Positions 35,256 to 48,723 are shown, counted from the first letter of the stretch. The stretch is 64,000 nucleotides of DNA from Chara braunii (GCA_003427395.1 BFEA01000029.1:2231680-2295679), one strand, 5' to 3'. The notes: generated by a model not told the origin, from the letters alone. Translations and numbers: made by a program.

Positions 35256-37232
35256 GTACGATCCGTGTGGGTCTTTACATTTACACACACCCTCTTCCCG
35301 CCCAGTTCGCCTCCCTGCCACATTCCAAAACTAGATGCAATAGCTTTGTTACAGTAGTATGGCATGCGAACATCAGGCTAAGCCATTCGATATGGTCAGA
35401 CCTCTCGGCATTTTTGCGACAAACGGGTTGATAAAGCGAACATGGTCTGAGTGATGCACTTGGAATAGCAAGAGTATGATTCTTGCTCTGACACAATGCC
35501 CTCTGTGCAGGTGTGGTCATATCTATGAGCCTATGACAAGACTTGATGACGAGTATGGTGATGACAATCATGATAAATGTAGAGGAGGATGGAGATCGAT
35601 AGATGGTGATGACAAGTAGACATGACACTGATATGGTGACGATGATAATGCTTGGCAGGGGTGTGATGACCGTCATGATAGTGAAGAGGATGAGGATGAT
35701 GATGATTCCGGCAAGACGAAGAGGAAGAGGAACAGTGGTGCTGGTAAATGGTGACAATTGAAAAGATAATGACAGTGATGAGAAAATGGGGAATGGGAGT
35801 AGGGGAAAGGAGGAGGTGGAGGGAGAATAAGGGGAACACCTGCCGTCATCTGACAATGGGTGAGCCTGCCACAATGGTGTGTGTTGGGTGTGTGGGGTGT
35901 GCAGTAAGGTAGGGGTGTGGACTGCAGGTGGTTAAGTGCGATCTTGAGTTTGCTTGCCCGCCAGGTCATGCGTAGCTGCCTTCCAGCGGGCTCGTGTAGT
36001 GTCCAGGGAGTTGCTCCTAAAATCAATCCAATACCTGCTAATGGTGCCGCGCGGGGCACAGCATGAAATGCACATACTAAAATAGGGAGGGGGGGAGAGG
36101 GAACTTACCAAACCCTAATGGTGCCGTGTGGGGCACNNNNNNNNNNNNNNNNNNNNNNNNNNNNNNNNNNNNNNNNNNNNNNNNNNNNNNNNNNNNNNNN
36201 NNNNNNNNNNNNNNNNNNNNNNNNNNNNNNNNNNNNNNNNNNNNNNNNNNNNNNNNNNNNNNNNNNNNNNNNNNNNNNNNNNNNNNNNNNNNNNNNNNNN
36301 NNNNNNNNNNNNNNNNNNNNNNNNNNNNNNNNNNNNNNNNNNNNNNNNNNNNNNNNNCTGGATAGAAGTGCAAAACACCCAAACCCAAAATAAAACTAGG
36401 AGGGCAACTTGTGCACAATCCATGTTTTTTTTTTTTTTTTTTTCCTTCCCTCATCAGGGGACAGCTAAATATATTTTCTCTGACCTCCCATATTTTAATT
36501 GGGGTTTTCAAACCTTTGATAACTACTGTACCGAAACGGGTTAACAAATGTGAAATATCAAAAAAGCCTGGAAGGAAGTCTGTGTACATACTACATTCCA
36601 ACCCAGAAAATTTAGGTTCCCTAACAGTAGGGAAAATACATTGGGCTGGACTTTGGTTGTAAGGTTACATGGCAGTGGGACTTGCTAGGGTGACATGGAT
36701 CACACCTGATCACTTAACCAGATGGGTGACAGCCAATGGAGTGGGATGTAAGGTTACAAACTGAAGTTGTATGGCGATGGAATTTTTTTTTCACTTCCTG
36801 CAGTCTAACTCGTTTATATTCGGAGCATTCTTCTTAAGATATGCTGCCGAAGGCCAAGTGAAGAGAGATTCATCAGAGTATAGAAAGGGAAACGGCGTAT
36901 GCTTGAAATGGCAATTGAAGATGCTGAAAAGGTGGAGTGATGCGTTGCGTAGAGTCTCTGAGGATGATCCAAAACAGCTCGGTCGCTGGTTAGGGTCAGT
37001 TGGCAGCCGTACTTCCGGTTTCCGGCTGATTGAACATCGCTTATGCAGTTTCATCTGGTTAGCATCACTTGAAAAAGCAGGTATGAAAAAGCGTGCTGTG
37101 ACTCGAAGGACACTGTTTTGGGAAGCAAAGAGAGTTGCTCTGAAGAATCATTCTGATTTGGTTTCTGAAAGATGTCTGCGTGTGATATCATGTTTATCCT
37201 TGTGCGCCGTTTTTCACCTGTGGAATGTGCAG

Positions 37233-37371
37233 ATTCACCCAGATCAGTCTTATCACAGATTGTTTGGCACAAAGGTAGAGATAAAACTGATGAAGGCGGA
37301 GGCCGTCCACTGGAAGGCGTTAGACTATTCCGCTCGCACAGCAGTGTTGCAGCCTGTCAACGTGTCAAATG
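37233..37371 (+). CDS. SGT1: SGT1 exon 7 (CS)
   Basis: cag|IHPDQSYHRLFGTKVEIKLMKAEAVHWKALDY..VNVSN|gtgagt; 139 nt. Confidence 0.93.
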
Positions 37372-37721
37372 GTGAGTGATGCATTGGATCTCTAGACTGT
37401 TCTGGGAATCCACGGTAATTTGAATTTCACATTGATATCAGACTCTTGAACATCTGTAAGATTTGGTTGACCCAGTCCTTCATCCGTTTGGGTTTTATCT
37501 GGACAAAAACCCAAATGGCCCAAGTATGTAATTGTCTCCGTGATAATGAATTTAACAAGAATCCCATCTTTGCAATGTACCCCTACCGGACACTGCCCAA
37601 CTTTGCAAAATGCCCCGGCAGTTGCTAAGTTTTTGCACACACACACGAAAGAAAAAAAAACAAAACAAAGTGTATATTTCCATGTTCTAGCGGTAGATTC
37701 GTTCGATTTTGCTGAAGTACA

Positions 37722-37785
<64 letters not shown>

Positions 37786-37841
37786 TCCGATGAAACAGTC
37801 TGGTACAGTCATGCTTTTTTTGAGTGTATAGCGAATATGAC

Positions 37842-37914
<73 letters not shown>

Positions 37915-38042
37915 AGTAGTGTACATTTGGATGTTCTAGCGGAAGATTCATTCAATTTTGAATATCGATGGAAGTAGTGTGAGGCCAGCCGCGGGGTTGG
38001 AGACTTACCTGTTGGCCAGTGCGTTGCTCAACCAATCAATGG

Positions 38043-38085
<43 letters not shown>

Positions 38086-39722
38086 GCCCCGCACGAAAGG
38101 ACGCCACCTCGCCTGTCGCCTCACTGCTTGTGAATTCATGGCATGCCACTTCCCACTTCTCCCTGCCCGTCACGTCGCTTCAGCCCCGCACTCCTCGACA
38201 TCTGACAAATCCCGCTCCACGCGAGCAGAAGACGACCTGGCTCGTCCGCGGCCGGACCGATTTCTCTTCTGCCCGCCCGTGCCGGGATTTTTCTGCCCCT
38301 TGCCCCGGGTTCCACCGGTTCCCCCTTACCCACTGCCCGTCACTGGTCCTGCGCGTTGCCGCCCGGTTTCTGTTGGGACCCAAGCGAGGACTGCTGTTTC
38401 CTTTAGTAGTATAGGGTAAGAACTAGATAGCAACAAAGTTGTTGAGGTGTGCATAAGTTTGGTGTTTCTGCACCTCCTTCATAGCTCAATCCGTAGTACT
38501 AGAGGAAGCAGATTGAGAGTCTGTCTCAGTGCCCTGACTGATACGTTTCCGTGGAGGCGCGTCTCTTTCTCTTGCACTGGCATGGCTCTCGCTCTCCCTG
38601 GCCGCTCAAGCAGCCCTGTGCTCCTTCATTGCTTGCTCTTGCCCCTTGATGTAAGTCGTACTTACTGTCTCACACCCTTCAGCCGTGCCTCCAAAAAACA
38701 CCACCGTGCTAGTGAAATCAATCCCTGCTTGAGTGCTGAGCAGCACGAAGGTCATAGTTCCTCTTGTTCTTGCTTTTCACTGATTTCACGTAATCTGTGC
38801 TCAATCCTGCCAGCCTTTTGGCCCATGCCTCAAAGAATGGTAGTCTTATCACTCTGTGCCCTCTGCTGTACCTATGCTAACGGTGAAAATCATCTCTTCA
38901 GGTCAGGCATGACCATCTGAAGGGAGTTGATGAAACGCTATGGGCACCGTTGCTGCTTGTTCTTGGTGGTCTGGGCCAGTGGCTAACCACAGTAAAACTT
39001 GTCACCATCAGCACAAAGACCATCGGTATATAATTTTGACTCAAATACAAGACAGAAGACTCAGACTTCTATGCGTTTATCTTGTATTTGTGTTCCTGAA
39101 GCAGATCAAGAATGGTCTTCAGATGCTGTTGGTGTACCTCAAGTGGTTTATTGAAGATATATTGCCAAGGTGCCTACACCCATTTTATTCATATGCCCTC
39201 CAAAGATGTCAATCGTTGCTCTCCTTGTGCAGAGCATAAACTTTCACAAATTTCCTGTTGCACATTGGTCTTGGAGGTAACGTTTCAACTGTGAACTCTG
39301 TTTACGGGTTTGTCGTTTGGCAGATACTTTGCGGGTTGTGTCTAAGTTTTGTTCAGACTCTTCACGTGGAGAGAGAGAGAGAGAGAGAGAGGGCTGAGGG
39401 GAGTATCAAGTGATATGATCCTATGAGATGATGTGTATGGAGAAGAGCTGACCTCTGCATTATACGCATTCATTCAACATAAGCTTCTTCACTTTGTGTG
39501 AATCATCCTCTGTAACATTGTAATGCATCACCTAAGTTGAATAGAAATGGCAGATCGTCAGAAGTCCACAGTGTCCGTGACAATGACCACAAGTCAGCAC
39601 CATTAGTTTGGCACAATTCTAAAGGTAGACATTCAGTTTGCTCAGAAGGGTCACATATTGCAATCCTCACTTTTATTCTGTTACTTGCACTGATGCCCTG
39701 TCTGCATGGTTTTCTTGGGCAG

Positions 39723-39805
39723 TTGCAAAACCTGTGCCGAAGTACCCGAGCTCGTCAAGGAGAACCCATGATTGGGACAAAATGGTTGTGGATATCAAGA
39801 AAGAG
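39723..39805 (+). CDS. SGT1: SGT1 exon 8 (VR2 / start of SGS)
   Basis: cag|VAKPVPKYPSSSRRTHDWDKMVVDIKKE|gtatg; 83 nt. Confidence 0.93.
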
Positions 39806-40736
39806 GTATGTTCTGTTGTATTTTCTTCGCCCCGGTGTGTGGTGTGCATTCAACTTGCTGGTCCTCTCTCTCCCCTCGCTCGAGATTGAATCTTCTTCGG
39901 TTTCCTTCCCAACAATCATTCGCCAAAGGTGGTGTCAGGGATTGAAATGGACTTCACGTTGTATCCAGTGAACTGTCCCATCCTCGATGCCAAGGCATTC
40001 ATTGAACCCGCCCACTTGCGCTCTTCACAGAGACTAAGGCAGCGTGGCAGGGGATGGTTCCCATATATCAGTCACCTGATGAATATTCAGTGCAGTTTTT
40101 TTATCCGAGCCATGTAGTCTGGCTGGATATCCGGAACTGGATGACTGTGCTGCCAATGCTTTTTCTTATCTATTCCTCCACCTGTGTGGTGCAGTGCACT
40201 GTATTTTGTTGTGTGCTAATTCTTGGTGAAATGCACTGTAGTTTACTGTTTTCTTGTTAGCCAATTTTTCATCATCAGTCGGTTTCCCTCTATCGTGCCT
40301 ATATTTCCTCCTAGTTTGGATGTCGTGAATCTTTTGATAATTTCTTTTTTTGTTTGTCTGGGTTTATATATAACGTTTTGGGGTAGCATCCCAGCCAGAA
40401 GTCACTCAAAATGACATTTGACATTGCCTATGATCTTTTTCATGGCTACGGCGGACTTAAGACCCGGACATTTACGGACATCTGTTTGGACACACGTCTG
40501 GACGTGTCCAGACATTTGAACATGCCTGGTTCCACACTGTTTGGATTGATGTTCCAAATGTCCGGGCTTAAAAAAAAAAAAACAAAAAAAAACAGTGATA
40601 CGCTGACAGCATACATGGAAGGGCAAAGGGGGTGCGACATTGTCCGTTTGTCCGGTAAAAAAAAACAAAAAAAACAAAAACAAGACAAAACAAACAAACA
40701 AACAAAAACAAAACAAAACAAAAACCGGCACACATG

Positions 40737-40772
<36 letters not shown>

Positions 40773-41111
40773 GTGGGAGTGGTCCAAGTTGAACTGTTCG
40801 CTTGCCTGTCTGCCTAGAGCCGTCTGCTTGTCCCGTTGTCAGACCCCCTCCCATGTCACCCTCCCCCTCCCCCTCCGTCCCCCCTCGTCTCGATCCCGCG
40901 ATGCCAAGAATGGCACTGAAATCTAGAAAATGAGTGTAGCACCTGACCCAAAATCTGCAATTGAGGTATATCGGGTACTACATCCTCGTTAGTTTTTGCG
41001 AAAACTGTAGATAGATATAGGAGATAATTCATAACTCTGTAAGAAACGAGAAAGTCACTTCTAACACACTGACACATACACACACCTGCACATAGTTGCT
41101 ACATATAGTGT

Positions 41112-41144
<33 letters not shown>

Positions 41145-41216
41145 CTGTCTCTTATACACATCTAGATGTGTATAAGAGACAGGTGCAAAGCCAAAAGGAA
41201 TGAGTAGAGGTTCAGG
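41145..41216. other. Assembly artefact: Nextera mate-pair junction adapter plus chimeric sequence
   Basis: CTGTCTCTTATACACATCT+AGATGTGTATAAGAGACAG (41145-41182), then 34 bp identical to 32519-32552, then a gap. Confidence 0.97.
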
Positions 41217-41789
41217 NNNNNNNNNNNNNNNNNNNNNNNNNNNNNNNNNNNNNNNNNNNNNNNNNNNNNNNNNNNNNNNNNNTGTGTATATTGAATATAA
41301 GGATGCACAAGGCTGCCAAAACAAAGGACTCGAATACAGGTTGTGGCCCGCACCGGCTGGTCTGGATGCAGGTTGTGGCCTGGACTGCCTGGAAGGTGGG
41401 GCGTTCTGATCGTAGCTATGGATTTTTTCGTAATCCTTCTAAAGGCAAAAGCAGTCCTTGCATAATGCCTCTTGCGGGTCCACGAGAAACTCGATCAGGA
41501 GGCCGTACTAGGCAGCACGACTGTTGAGGAAGCTCCCCCCTCTTTTTTTTTGGGGGGGGGGCGGTCATGTCTTTTCACACAGCGCCTGGAGCAGGTTTTG
41601 GACGTTCTTTGGCCGGTGTGCTGTGACATTTCACACTGTGCCTGTGGAAGCCCCGACGATTTTACTTTGGTCCATGTTGCCAATGTTTGAATGCAAGTAC
41701 GTAGTTGTTGCGTTCGGAGACCTGTGACCTTTTTTTGGGGGGGGGTCGTGCTCGGGGGCCAGGCTTTGCCTGCGTAGCACGGCCGACGA

Positions 41790-42760
41790 GGCACGCAGGA
41801 GGAGGAGGAAGACATGCGGAGAACACTATAGGAGGAGGAGTGGCGAGCCGTCCCCACACTGCGGGAGGAGGAGGAGAGAGGAACGGAGAAGAACATAATC
41901 ATGGAAAAAAGGAACAACTGGGCACGTGCACCACATGGCGTATGTATGAGGCGGCGGAGGCGCAGGAGGGGGGAAAGAAGCAGCAAGAAAAGAAAAAGGT
42001 GGGAAAGGTGCGAGGTGAGGAGGAAGAGGAGCAAGGGGTGGAGGTGTGAGATGAGGAAGAGGAGCTGTGGGGTTGGGATGTCTGCAAATGTATAAGCAGC
42101 AAGAGTAGAGGAGCGGGAGGAGGACAGGGAGCGCAAGGAGGAGCGGGAGCGGGAAGAGCTGGAACGGCAAGAGGACGGTGAATAGGCCGAGTGGGCGGGG
42201 GGGGGAGGAGGGCAATGAGGAAGGGGGGGGTTGAAGCAAGTGGAGGTAGCCGAGGAGGTGGAGGAGGAGGAGGAAGCTGAGGAGGAGAAGTATGGAGGAA
42301 AGAGGAGACCCAAAGAAAGAGGGAGGGCAAGGAGTGGGAGGAGAGGAAGCGGCAGGAGCAGCAGAAGCGGGAGGAGGAGCAGGAGCAGGAGCAGCAGCAA
42401 CGTCAGGAGGAGGGGTGGAGCAGCNGGAGAGGAAGCGGCAGGAGCAGCAGAAGCGGGAGGAGGAGCAGGAGCAGGAGCAGCAGCAACGTCAGGAGGAGGG
42501 GTGGAGCAGCTGAGGTAGCTGAGGAGGAGGAGGAGGAGGAGCGGCAGCTACGCCGGGAGGAGGGGTGGAGCTAGTGGAGGTAGCCGAGGAGGAGGAGGAG
42601 GAGAACGAGGAGGAGAATGGAGGAATGAGGAGACCTGAGCAAGGACATAGGGCAAGGAGTAGAGGAGCGGGAGGAGGAGAGGGAGTGGCGGGAGCAGCAG
42701 AAGCGGGAGGAGCAGCAGGAGCAGGAGCAGCAGCAATGCCAGGAGTGGTGGGAACCAGAG
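41790..42760. repeat. Purine-rich low-complexity (GGA/GCA) repeat with internal duplications
   Basis: gaggag/gcagga arrays; ~88-bp duplication around the N at 42425. Confidence 0.8.
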
Positions 42761-42806
42761 GAGCATCAGTGCATTGCATGCGGTATGACTTGTGCAATCT
42801 TTGATT

Positions 42807-42978
42807 CAGGAGTATGCCTTCGTGTTTCTACAAGATCACCAAAAAAACCCAACTCAGCTTTACGCAAAATAGCCAAAGTGAGACTAACCAATCGAAATGA
42901 GGTTGTTGGCCACATTCTGGGAGAAGGCTATTATTTACAAGAGCATTCTATTGTTATGGTTCGAGGAGGTCGAGTCGT
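42807..42978 (+). pseudogene. rps12: Mitochondrial rps12 fragment (NUMT) in SGT1 intron 8
   Basis: [56 protein letters not shown], with plant-mitochondrial rather than plastid residues. 24-bp flanking direct repeats. Confidence 0.9.
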
Positions 42979-43497
42979 GTACGACTTATGCAATCTTTGA
43001 TTTAGTACGTCGTCGTGCTCGTTATTTCAAGATCCAACACCCATCTCAGACGTGCTGATGTGAACCTTCCACGTATGATGTGAATATTTTTGGGTTGCTG
43101 GATCACTTTTCTATACCTCTGTGCTCAACTGGGAATTTAGTTCTCACCGCCACCTATCAGACGTGGGGGAGTTTCCATTCAGTGTATGTTTAACCGCCAC
43201 TACAATCTTCCAGCGATTTCTTTTTGCCTGGGGGGTTATTGTCCGAGTCCTTGGGGGCTCGGCCTATTGAAATTGTTTGGCCTTTGCTGTGCCAGCCAAA
43301 AGAAACTATTAATTACGCACCGCACATGATGATCAGCGCAGGACTTTCTTGGATGCATTTGAGAATAAGTGGCAACTACAGCAACATTTATGTCAAAAGG
43401 GTATGTCAAGACTCAAAAGGGTATGTTGAGCTATTCTGAGATGGGAAAGAATGGCTTTCTTGCACTTTGTGCTCCTATGCATTGTGTAATTTTGCAG

Positions 43498-43602
43498 GAG
43501 AAGGATGAGAAGCTGGATGGAGATGCAGCGTTGAACAAACTGTTCCAAGACATATATGCAAATGCGGATGAAGACTCACGGCGGGCAATGAACAAGTCTT
43601 TT
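43498..43602 (+). CDS. SGT1: SGT1 exon 9 (SGS domain)
   Basis: cag|[35 protein letters not shown]|gtaag; 105 nt. Confidence 0.97.
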
Positions 43603-44891
43603 GTAAGTAGTATTCGATGCTATTCATATGATTTTATATTGCAAATTCATCTTTCCTCGATGATAGCTGTTCTCACTGAGCTGAGGAGCTCTAGTTTGTG
43701 AAGGTCCTGATCCATTTGTGAATGTGACTGTACACATGATCAGCATCTAAGTCCTTGTGCTGACAGAAAATTGAACTGTGAGCTGTTTGGGGATTAGGCA
43801 TGCGTATTACATAGAGGTTGGTAGGGAGTGGACCTTGACAGAAATGTGTGTTTCTTACTCTTCTTTTTTGTGTCACATTATTGTGTTCTGGGTTTGAAAA
43901 CAAATGTCTGATGGATGTTTGTGTGCATTCTTTGTTTTTTTTACTTTTTAAATTTTTTATTGGTCTTGTAGCATCCTTGCAACTGCTCAGCGCACCACAC
44001 TGTCCAGGACCTCCCCAACTTCCGTACAAAACCGTACCAGTACCTACAGTACGGCACGGGACTGCGTGCTGTCCGGTGCGGCCATCTCCCTTCCGGTACG
44101 GTTTCGTGTGCGAAATGTGTGGAGATGTCCACTCCTCCGTCTGGTCCTGCACACCTGTTGATGAACCGACCAGACTGGACACACCACCGTCTTCACCCGA
44201 GTAGAATGTCCGGTCATTAACGCTGCATCTGGACCGAAAGTTGTGCCAAATACAGCTATAATGACCGGGCGTTCTATTCGGGTGAAGACGGTAGGAAGAC
44301 TGCTGCCGCCATCAGATGGATCAGCGCCTGCCTCAACCCCCCCTTCAGGGGATTTATCTTCATGGCAATGCCACTTTATCAAAGTGGGACTATACATGTG
44401 GCCCGTCATCATGAACATGCGCACAAAACTGCAGAAGAGAAGCCACAAATTCAGCCGTGTCCTGCGACCACTCCGAAAAACACATCCCCCACCCCCTTCC
44501 CCTCCTAGCCCTCTCACCCCCGGAAACCCTATGAAATCAGCCACCCCCTCCTAGTCCCGTACCCCCTTAAAACCCATTGGAAATATCACTTCACTGCTTT
44601 TGCAAAACATAAATGGCAAAAAAAGCATTGCCTTTCACAAACGGAAATTATTGCTTTAAATGATTTTCCAATTTTCCATGAAAAACAAAAGTGTCGATGA
44701 CAATGTGACAAGGGGGCTTGATCTGTAGAGTTCCATTCAAAAATAAATAAATAAACATAGTGACGGGCATGACAAGGAGGATATGAGATGGAGGAGGAAG
44801 ACGAGGAGATAGAGGAGGATGATGAGGAGGGGGTGAGGAGGACGACGACGACGACGAGGTGGTGAGGACAAGATACCATCACAGTTTGAAC

Positions 44892-45658
44892 CAGGGTCAC
44901 CAGCCCGTACGTACGGAGGTCCTTGGGTCGACCTCTGTACGTACTGGCGTTCGGGGTCCCGTTCGGTGTCCAAACCCGACGGCGTTCTTCCCCCGCCAAA
45001 AATTATTTCAGTGCCTAAAACAAGTTTGTTTTTCTGATTTTTTTTGGGGAGTTCTTTATGATGTGAGGTTTATGCCTATAAATTTTGAAGTCATTGCTAA
45101 GCCAAAAAAAAAAGAAAAATCGCCAAAGATGGCGGTGTCAAAACGTGCTCGCCCATTCACTGTTTTGTTTTTATTTTTTTTTTCACTTTTTACTTTTTGT
45201 TTTCACTTTATTGCAGGGCCTAAACAATTTTATTATTTTCTTAAACTTTTTAATGATTTTTGTATTATGTGAAGTACACATCTGTAAATTTTCAGGGCAT
45301 TTGGTTGTGGCGAGAAAAAGTGAAAAATCGCCAAAGATGGTGGTGTTGAAAACGTGCTCGCTCACTCACTAATTTTAATCCTCTTTTCATTTTTTCATAT
45401 TTTTATTATAGTTTTATTTTCTGTATTATATTTTCTATTTCAAGTTTGGTAAGGAATTTGGATATAATGCTCAGGCAAATGTTGTTTATTATACTTTATT
45501 TTATTTTTCTTCATAACGTAGTTTTTTTTTAGATTTTTTTGAATTGTGTTTTTTTTTCGTTTTTTTTTTTTTGGGTCTGCGTTCGGCCGGGCTGAACGCA
45601 TCCCCAAGGCGTCCTGGACGTTCGGGCGTTCGGCCCGCCCCGAACGCAGGTTACCCTG
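44892..45658. mobile_element. hAT-superfamily MITE (767 bp)
   Basis: TIRs CAGGGTCACC/GGTTACCCTG and a perfect 8-bp TSD GTTTGAAC (44884-44891, 45659-45666). Confidence 0.9.
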
Positions 45659-46269
45659 GTTTGAACTAAGAAGTTTCCATTAAAAATAAGGAAAGAAGTG
45701 ACGAAGCTGTGATAAGGAGGATGAGAGATGGAGGAGGAGGGGTGGAGAGATGGAGGAGGAGGGGTGGAGAGATGGAGGAGGAAGGCCAGTCCACGAGAAT
45801 CAGTGTGGATGGAAGACGACGACGAGGAGACAGAGGAGGAGGAGGAGGAGGATGAAGACGAGATACCATCACAGTTTGAACTCCGAAGTTTCTGTTAAAA
45901 AAAAAAGTGACAAGGCCGTGACAAGGAGGATGAGAGATGGAGAGATGGAGGACCAAAGATGGACGAGGAGGGATGGAGGAGGACGATGACGAGACATGGC
46001 GGAGGATGAGGACGACGACGGCGACGACAACGAAATACCATGACAGTTCGAATTTGAAAGTTTCCATTAAAAAGAAAGAAAAAAGTGACGAGGCTTTGAC
46101 AAGGAGGATGAGAGGTGGAGGAAGAGAGATGGAGGATGAGAGATGGAGAGATGGAGGAGGAAGATGGGCGAGGAGGGATGGAGGAAGAGGATGAGGAGAC
46201 ATGGAGGAGGACAATGACGACGATGAGATACCATCACAGTCAGTCCGAAGTTCAAAGTTTCCATTAAAA

Positions 46270-47659
46270 TGTTACGATCCTGGCCAATTTCGAAGTATAC
46301 ATTCATCAGAAAGTTCAATGCCCTCCAATTGCAAAAAGAAATGAATGAACTTGAGAGGAGAGAGAGGGAAAGAAGAAGTAGAAGATGATGTACTCCAGCA
46401 TAGGCCAATGACAAGGCTTCTCTTCTTCGCCAGCCAATCTCCTCATCCTTGTCTCCTCCCCTCTTATTCAAACAAGAAATAACAATAATAATGTTGAATG
46501 GCTGAACCAGAATCGATGGCCGAGTCCCACTTCTACTGCAGGCACAACATGAGGTCCACCATAGCCATGGCCACCCTTACTCTTCCGCTACATGCAGGCC
46601 GAGGCTGTGGTGGAGCACTGCGGGCTCTACCGTCCTGTCCAAAGGACAACCCCAAGCAGCTATGTTGCTGCCCTTCTGTCCCAAGGTCAACACCAGGCAG
46701 CTATGCCGCTGCCCACTCAACCGCCATGCCAGACTCCGTCCCGAGCTGCCTTGATGCGGCACTACCCCAACTGGGGCCTTCCAGATGCAGCGCCTGACAA
46801 GGTGATGAAGATGGTGTCCACCATAGCCAGGTAGGTACCTTGCATCTCTCCTCCTTGGTCCCTTTCTCATTCCTCCCCCTAACGGTAGAGCTCCACCATA
46901 GCCAAGGTGGAAGCTCCCGGCTTCTTCCTCCCAGCAGCCCTGTAGTACCCAGCGCTACTCCAGCCAGCGCTCCAGCAGCGTGTCGCCAAACTTGCAAACT
47001 GAAGAATGAGGCGGGGCTCTTCCCTCGGCCTCTTGATATAGCGGCCTACTTGCCTCCTGGGCGGTGACTTCCAGACCGCTTGGCCTTCCAAGCAACCGGT
47101 ACCTCCTCCCTTTCGAAGGGAAACATCATTGCAGACTCTGATATTGCCCTCACAGGCTCTAGACTCAGACTGGATGGACTGGTACCGGCCTAGACCTAGC
47201 CTACCGCTACTGGGCCTCTAAAAATGCCAAATTTATCTTCTTCTGCTCAGCCTCGAGTACCCGGCACATCTACTGCTAACGGGTGCGGTACCGGCCTACC
47301 TGCTACTTGAGTGTTTTCTCCTGCTCTAAGCATCATGGGCCCCTGGCTCCGCTACTTGACTGTTTTCCCTGCTGCAACCGTCAATGCCACGACCACAGGT
47401 AAGTACCGGCCCTACGGGCCTGCCAAACAAGCAAGTACCCTTGCGGGTCACACACACACTTATATTGACAAGCACTCAGACAGGCAGCACACACACTCAT
47501 ACCGATAAGCACTCAGACAGGCACGCAGGTCGACAGCACGCACACACACAGACTTAGAAAACTCAGCAGAATGCGGGAATCTCAGCAAGACATCCATTCC
47601 ATGGGCAGAACTCCAGAAATCAGCAGTGTTCTCAGTCTGTGTTATGGCGGGTCATTACA
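46270..47659. mobile_element. Solo LTR (1390 bp)
   Basis: TGTTAC...TTACA termini. Splits a tandem-repeat unit at ccattaaaa^aaaag, consistent with a short A-rich TSD. Confidence 0.75.
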
Positions 47660-48615
47660 AAAAGAAAAAAAAAAAGAAGTGACGTGGCTGTGACAAAGTG
47701 GATGAGAGGTGAAGTCGAGAAAAGGAGAGACAGAGGAGAGGATGAGAGGTGAAGTCGAGAAAAGGAGAGACGGAGGAGGAAAGATGGACGAGTTTGGTGG
47801 AGAGATGGAGGAGGAAAGATGGACGAGGAGGGATGGAGGATGGTAGTGAGGAGAGATGGGGGGAAGATAGACGAGGAGAGATGGACGAGGAAGGGTAGAG
47901 GAGCTGGGCGGGTCAGTTCGAGGATGATATCTCAAGGCAAGGCTGTCGCTCTTTTAAATGGAAAAAAAAAAGAAAAAGAAAAAGAAAAACGAGAAAGAAG
48001 AGGAAGGAAAGAAGGAAGGATTTAAAAAAAAGAATGTGCTCGTTAGTACAGTAGGCAGATATGTTCGTTAATACCCCAGGAAACATGTTCAATTATTTCA
48101 ATACCCCTTGTGAAATGTTGGAGTGAATGTTCTTGCTTGCGAAACATCACCCTTCTGTTTCAGTTAAAAAGACCTTATGATATACATCTCACATTCTGAA
48201 ATACGATTGAAATACCAAAATACCGCTTGTTTTTCTTTTCGGGTGTGTGTGTGTGTGTTGTGCAGAGTGTGTGTGTGTGTGGGTGCGGAGTGTGTGTGTG
48301 TGTGTGGGTGCAAAGTGTGTGTGTGTGTTTCCCTCTTTACTTATCATGACAAATTGGCACAGGATATCTTCAGCGTGTTTGTTGTGCATCCGCACCGCAT
48401 TTCTAGTATGCTTACAGCCTTTCACCTCTCTGACATAAAGCTGAGGAACTTGGTACTGTACATTTTCAGTGACTTTGGACAGGGGTCTGATGCTGGGGCT
48501 GGGGTCTGATGCTGGGGTTTGATGCTGGGGTCTGATGCACCCATGTAAGCTGGACCTAACCTTGCAATCTGTGGCCTGTTTCTATCATTTCTGTTTCTCT
48601 GCGAAATGTGCACAG

Positions 48616-48723
48616 CAAGAGTCGAATGGGACTGTCCTGTCTACCAATTGGAAAGAGATTGGGCAGAAGAAGGTAGACTCGACCCCACCGACAGGTATGG
48701 AGGCGAAGAATTTTGAGTACTGA
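48616..48723 (+). CDS. SGT1: SGT1 exon 10 (SGS C-terminus, stop)
   Basis: cag|QESNGTVLSTNWKEIGQKKVDSTPPTGMEAKNFEY*. Total CDS 1092 nt = 363 aa. Confidence 0.97.
   Translation, partial: QESNGTVLSTNWKEIGQKKVDSTPPTGMEAKNFEY

Larger units (their letters stand above)
44760..47900 (+). repeat. Degenerate ~190-220-bp purine-rich tandem repeat interrupted by a MITE and a solo LTR
   Basis: Recurrent agtgac..gtgacaaggaggatgagagatggagg...gataccatcacagtttgaac..aagtttccattaaaa units. Confidence 0.75.

Noticed and set aside
8185-36601. Long track ORFs containing X runs or ER/LS/HT/CV repeats
   Set aside because: Artefacts of N gaps and dinucleotide microsatellites.
41145-41182. Tn5/IS50 ends as horizontal transfer
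   Set aside because: Exact Nextera junction adapter next to a gap.
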